NCBI RefSeq assembly: GCF_006345805.1
Contig: NC_043010.1
Coordinates: 4,588,001-4,652,000 of the forward strand
Direction: 5' to 3'
DNA from: Octopus sinensis
Taxonomy: Eukaryota
Length of the DNA stretch: 64,000 nt
Below the pieces are notes generated by a model. The model had not been told where the DNA came from. It did no database searches and saw only the letters and a list, made by a program, of their open reading frames with translations. How positions within the stretch are numbered: position 1 is the first letter of the stretch; the number at the start of each line of letters is the position of its first letter. Positions 61,017-64,000 of this stretch are shown in pieces. The position numbers and the translations under genes were made by a program.

Positions 61017-63861
61017 TCCCAAATATTTTTTTGTTGCAGATGCCAAATGAAACTTGTCAAATAAAATAGCTATATCCATGAACCAGAAAAAAAATTTACT
61101 TTGCAGGGTTGTTGAGAATGTTTTGAAATTAAGCAAACCCAATAATTTATGCCTTATAACGGTCATCATCATCATTTTATCTTTTTATCATTCTACACCC
61201 ATATTACCATACTGGTATAGGTTTGATGGGTCTCACACCATTTCACCAGATTTCATTGGTCTTTATCATCAGGCATTTACACAGAACAAAGGAAACTGCA
61301 ATCTGTGCTGCTAGGTTTTTGGTTTTTTTTTTCTTCTGTGGCTGGATGGCGTTCCCTTCATTTACAACTTTATAATATAGACGGATGCATCTTATCATGC
61401 CACAAGCACAGGATAGATTGCATGCTTCAGAACTCGTAGCAGTTTTTATTCAGAATTACTGCTTTATTCAAGGGGTTGCCTGAACGGCAGTTTATGGAAT
61501 CGGTGTCTACTCTGTGTAATCCTATTTCCCTTTGCTACATGGATGCTTTCAACTTGGCAATAATTTTTATAGTATTGAATGCCACAATCACAAGGGAGTT
61601 TGTTAATAGCAAAACTAAAGAGTCCTGTCTACACTGCATCAACTAAAGACTGAAAAGGCAATGATGACAAGTTAACAGTTGTTTTACATTAAAGGCTTAG
61701 CTGAATGGGGGTGCTTGTCTCCCCCTTGTAAACATAAGGACACAGTAAATATGTTAAAGCTGACAGGAAGTGTTGATGCTTCCTAGGGCTAAATAGTGGT
61801 GGTGTGATTCCCTTTATGGGACTGTCACATTAAGTTGACAGTATACAACTGCTCATGAGGAATAGTTTTAAAGCTAACCTTTATAATTATAATATTTTTA
61901 ATTAACTTCATTAGTTCATTACTGTAATTATAACTTAAACTCATAAATTCTTTCATTCATATCTATTCAGAGTAGTTAGTACCCTATTTATAACTTGTGA
62001 TAACTTTTAGTCTTTGATTTCTAGACTGTCCTTCCTCAGATTTATTAAATTTTGTGATAAAAATACTGATCAGAGTTTTAAAAGACTTGAACCTGTAACA
62101 TTTTGCCTTGATAATAATTAGCAGTGCTGTGACTATTTTCAGCTCTACATAGAAATTTTTAATTTATTTCTGAGATTAACTAATTATGTTTTCACTTTTT
62201 TCTTCTGCTAATAACAGCATTTTATCTTTGGCATTCTAATTCTGTTCCAAGAAATATGTAATTTAAAAATCTTTCCACTAACTAGTACAGTAGTACATAG
62301 GGTAAAGTAACTATTAATTTGAAGTAGTTTAATTTTTTCACTTTCTGAGCATTTTCCATAAACAAACAGCTTGATTTGGAAGTTTAGCGATCTTAGTTCA
62401 TTCTTCAACATTTAACATAAAAATCAAATATAAAGAGGCAGTAAGAATTCCTTTGAATTAGAAAAGGTGAAATAGAATCTTCAAAGAAGATTTGAATAAT
62501 TTTCTCTATCACAAGAATAGAAAAGATAACAATAGGTTTGGTTCCTTTTCATTAGGCTTCAGCCAAAAAATAAATATTTAAAAAGAAAGAAAGATGGGGA
62601 GGCTTTAAAGAAGGCAGAAGATGGAAGCACATAAATATAAGTTACCATCTGACATTGAATGAAGTGTGACAATTTAATATTTCCAAGATCAAACAAACAG
62701 TCTAAGATAATTAGATTCCAACTGCCAAACATTTTTCATATTTAAAGAGAGATTCTAAAACATCAAACTGTTATTACTGAAATCAAAACGGGGAAAACAT
62801 GCTACACCTATTTAAAAATCAAAGATAGAAAAACAGTGTGTGTATATGTAAATGTGTCTGTGCGTAGATCCTGAAAATATTTGGAAAAAAAATTCTATTT
62901 ATTTCAAGTAACAGAGCTTACTGAATAACTTTTTATTTATTTATTATTTTCTTTATTTTTTTGTAACTAAATTGGATTTATTTTTAAAAATAATCTTGAA
63001 TTTGATCATTTTTTTTACCGTATTTTTTTTTTTTTGTTTTAGGCAATTTTGTAAAAATATTTAAAACATTTTATGAAGATAAATAAGTTGGCTGAATTAC
63101 ACTTATAAAATAAAAAGAAAAGAACACTAAATGTAAAGCTGATAAAGTTTACAATTTATAAGGTTAGCAAATAGCTTCACAATTTTTAAAGAAATATTTT
63201 CCAAAACTTCTGTTGCAGAATACTAAAGAATAATAATACCTGAATGCTGAACGCTGGCAACTGATGAATAAGAATACAAGAGCATTCTTTCAGAAAGACT
63301 TGCTTGATCCGTGCCATACTTGCTTCAGCAGATTGTTTATTTACACCATTTCGGTTCCATCTAACATGCCATTGTATTGTCTGGGTAAATTGAATGCTCA
63401 AAACACTTCCTGCTATTGTGAATCTACAACTGGGAATCTACCAAATGCATTGCTTTAATAATTTATACAGAGGCAAAAATTACCTTTGTCTTTCTATAGA
63501 TTCTATCATTAGTTTGCTTATTATTATTATTATTATTATTATTATTTATTTTTTTTTTTTCTTTTCTGCTAAAGCTATTCACAGTTTTTAACCAAACGCT
63601 GACATCATACAATCTTCATTTCCGCCTTCGTTCTGGTGACAGTTATAACTTTCGAATAACAATGATTACAATGATGATGATGATGATGATGGTAGTGGTG
63701 GTGTGGTGGTGATGATGATGATGATGAGGAGGAGGAGGAGGACAATGATGGTGATGGTGACAGAGATGAGGATGGTAGTAATTACACTAAGGTGGAAGAC
63801 AATTGATTTCTAAAAATAAAATTGCACTTATTGAAACTTGTCATTTTATTACATGTATTTT

Positions 63862-63862
<1 letters not shown>

Positions 63863-63917
<55 letters not shown>

Positions 63918-64000
63918 TTACTACTACTGCTACTGCTACTGCTGCTGCTGCTGCTGCTGCTACTGTTACTGCTGTTATACTGCTGCTACTACTACTACCG
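63863..64000. repeat. (TAC)n/(TGC)n microsatellite
   Basis: Directly visible. Confidence 0.95.

Noticed and set aside
63255-63305. CTGATGA...AAGAAT/ATTCTT stem...GAAA on the plus strand
   Set aside because: No U16.1 ahead of the putative stem I partner, and stem II is not adjacent to the core. Treated as chance.

Overview
AT-rich eukaryotic non-coding DNA packed with repeats. The SINE families and compound microsatellites resemble those of coleoid cephalopods, most likely Octopus; this is recognition from memory, not a database result. No host protein-coding gene can be identified with confidence, and nearly all long ORFs in the track are microsatellite translations. The window holds many copies of at least four SINE-like families and six mariner remnants or MITEs. 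It also holds decayed non-LTR fragments (Tx1/L1-like, R4/Dong-like, RTE), a complete non-autonomous Helitron, a piggyBac-like MITE and large microsatellites. The main hidden signal is a set of minimal type I hammerhead ribozyme motifs with palindromic helix III, the Penelope-like-element (PLE) type, in several unrelated short repeats. One sits in a 333-bp TSD-flanked insertion with a tRNA-derived Pol III head (19218-19550), and an empty-site paralog lies nearby. Another has a predicted cleavage site within 1 nt of the breakpoint of an adjacent inverted duplication (47676-48401). Several long foldback or inverted structures and one canonical CTCF-type motif are also present.
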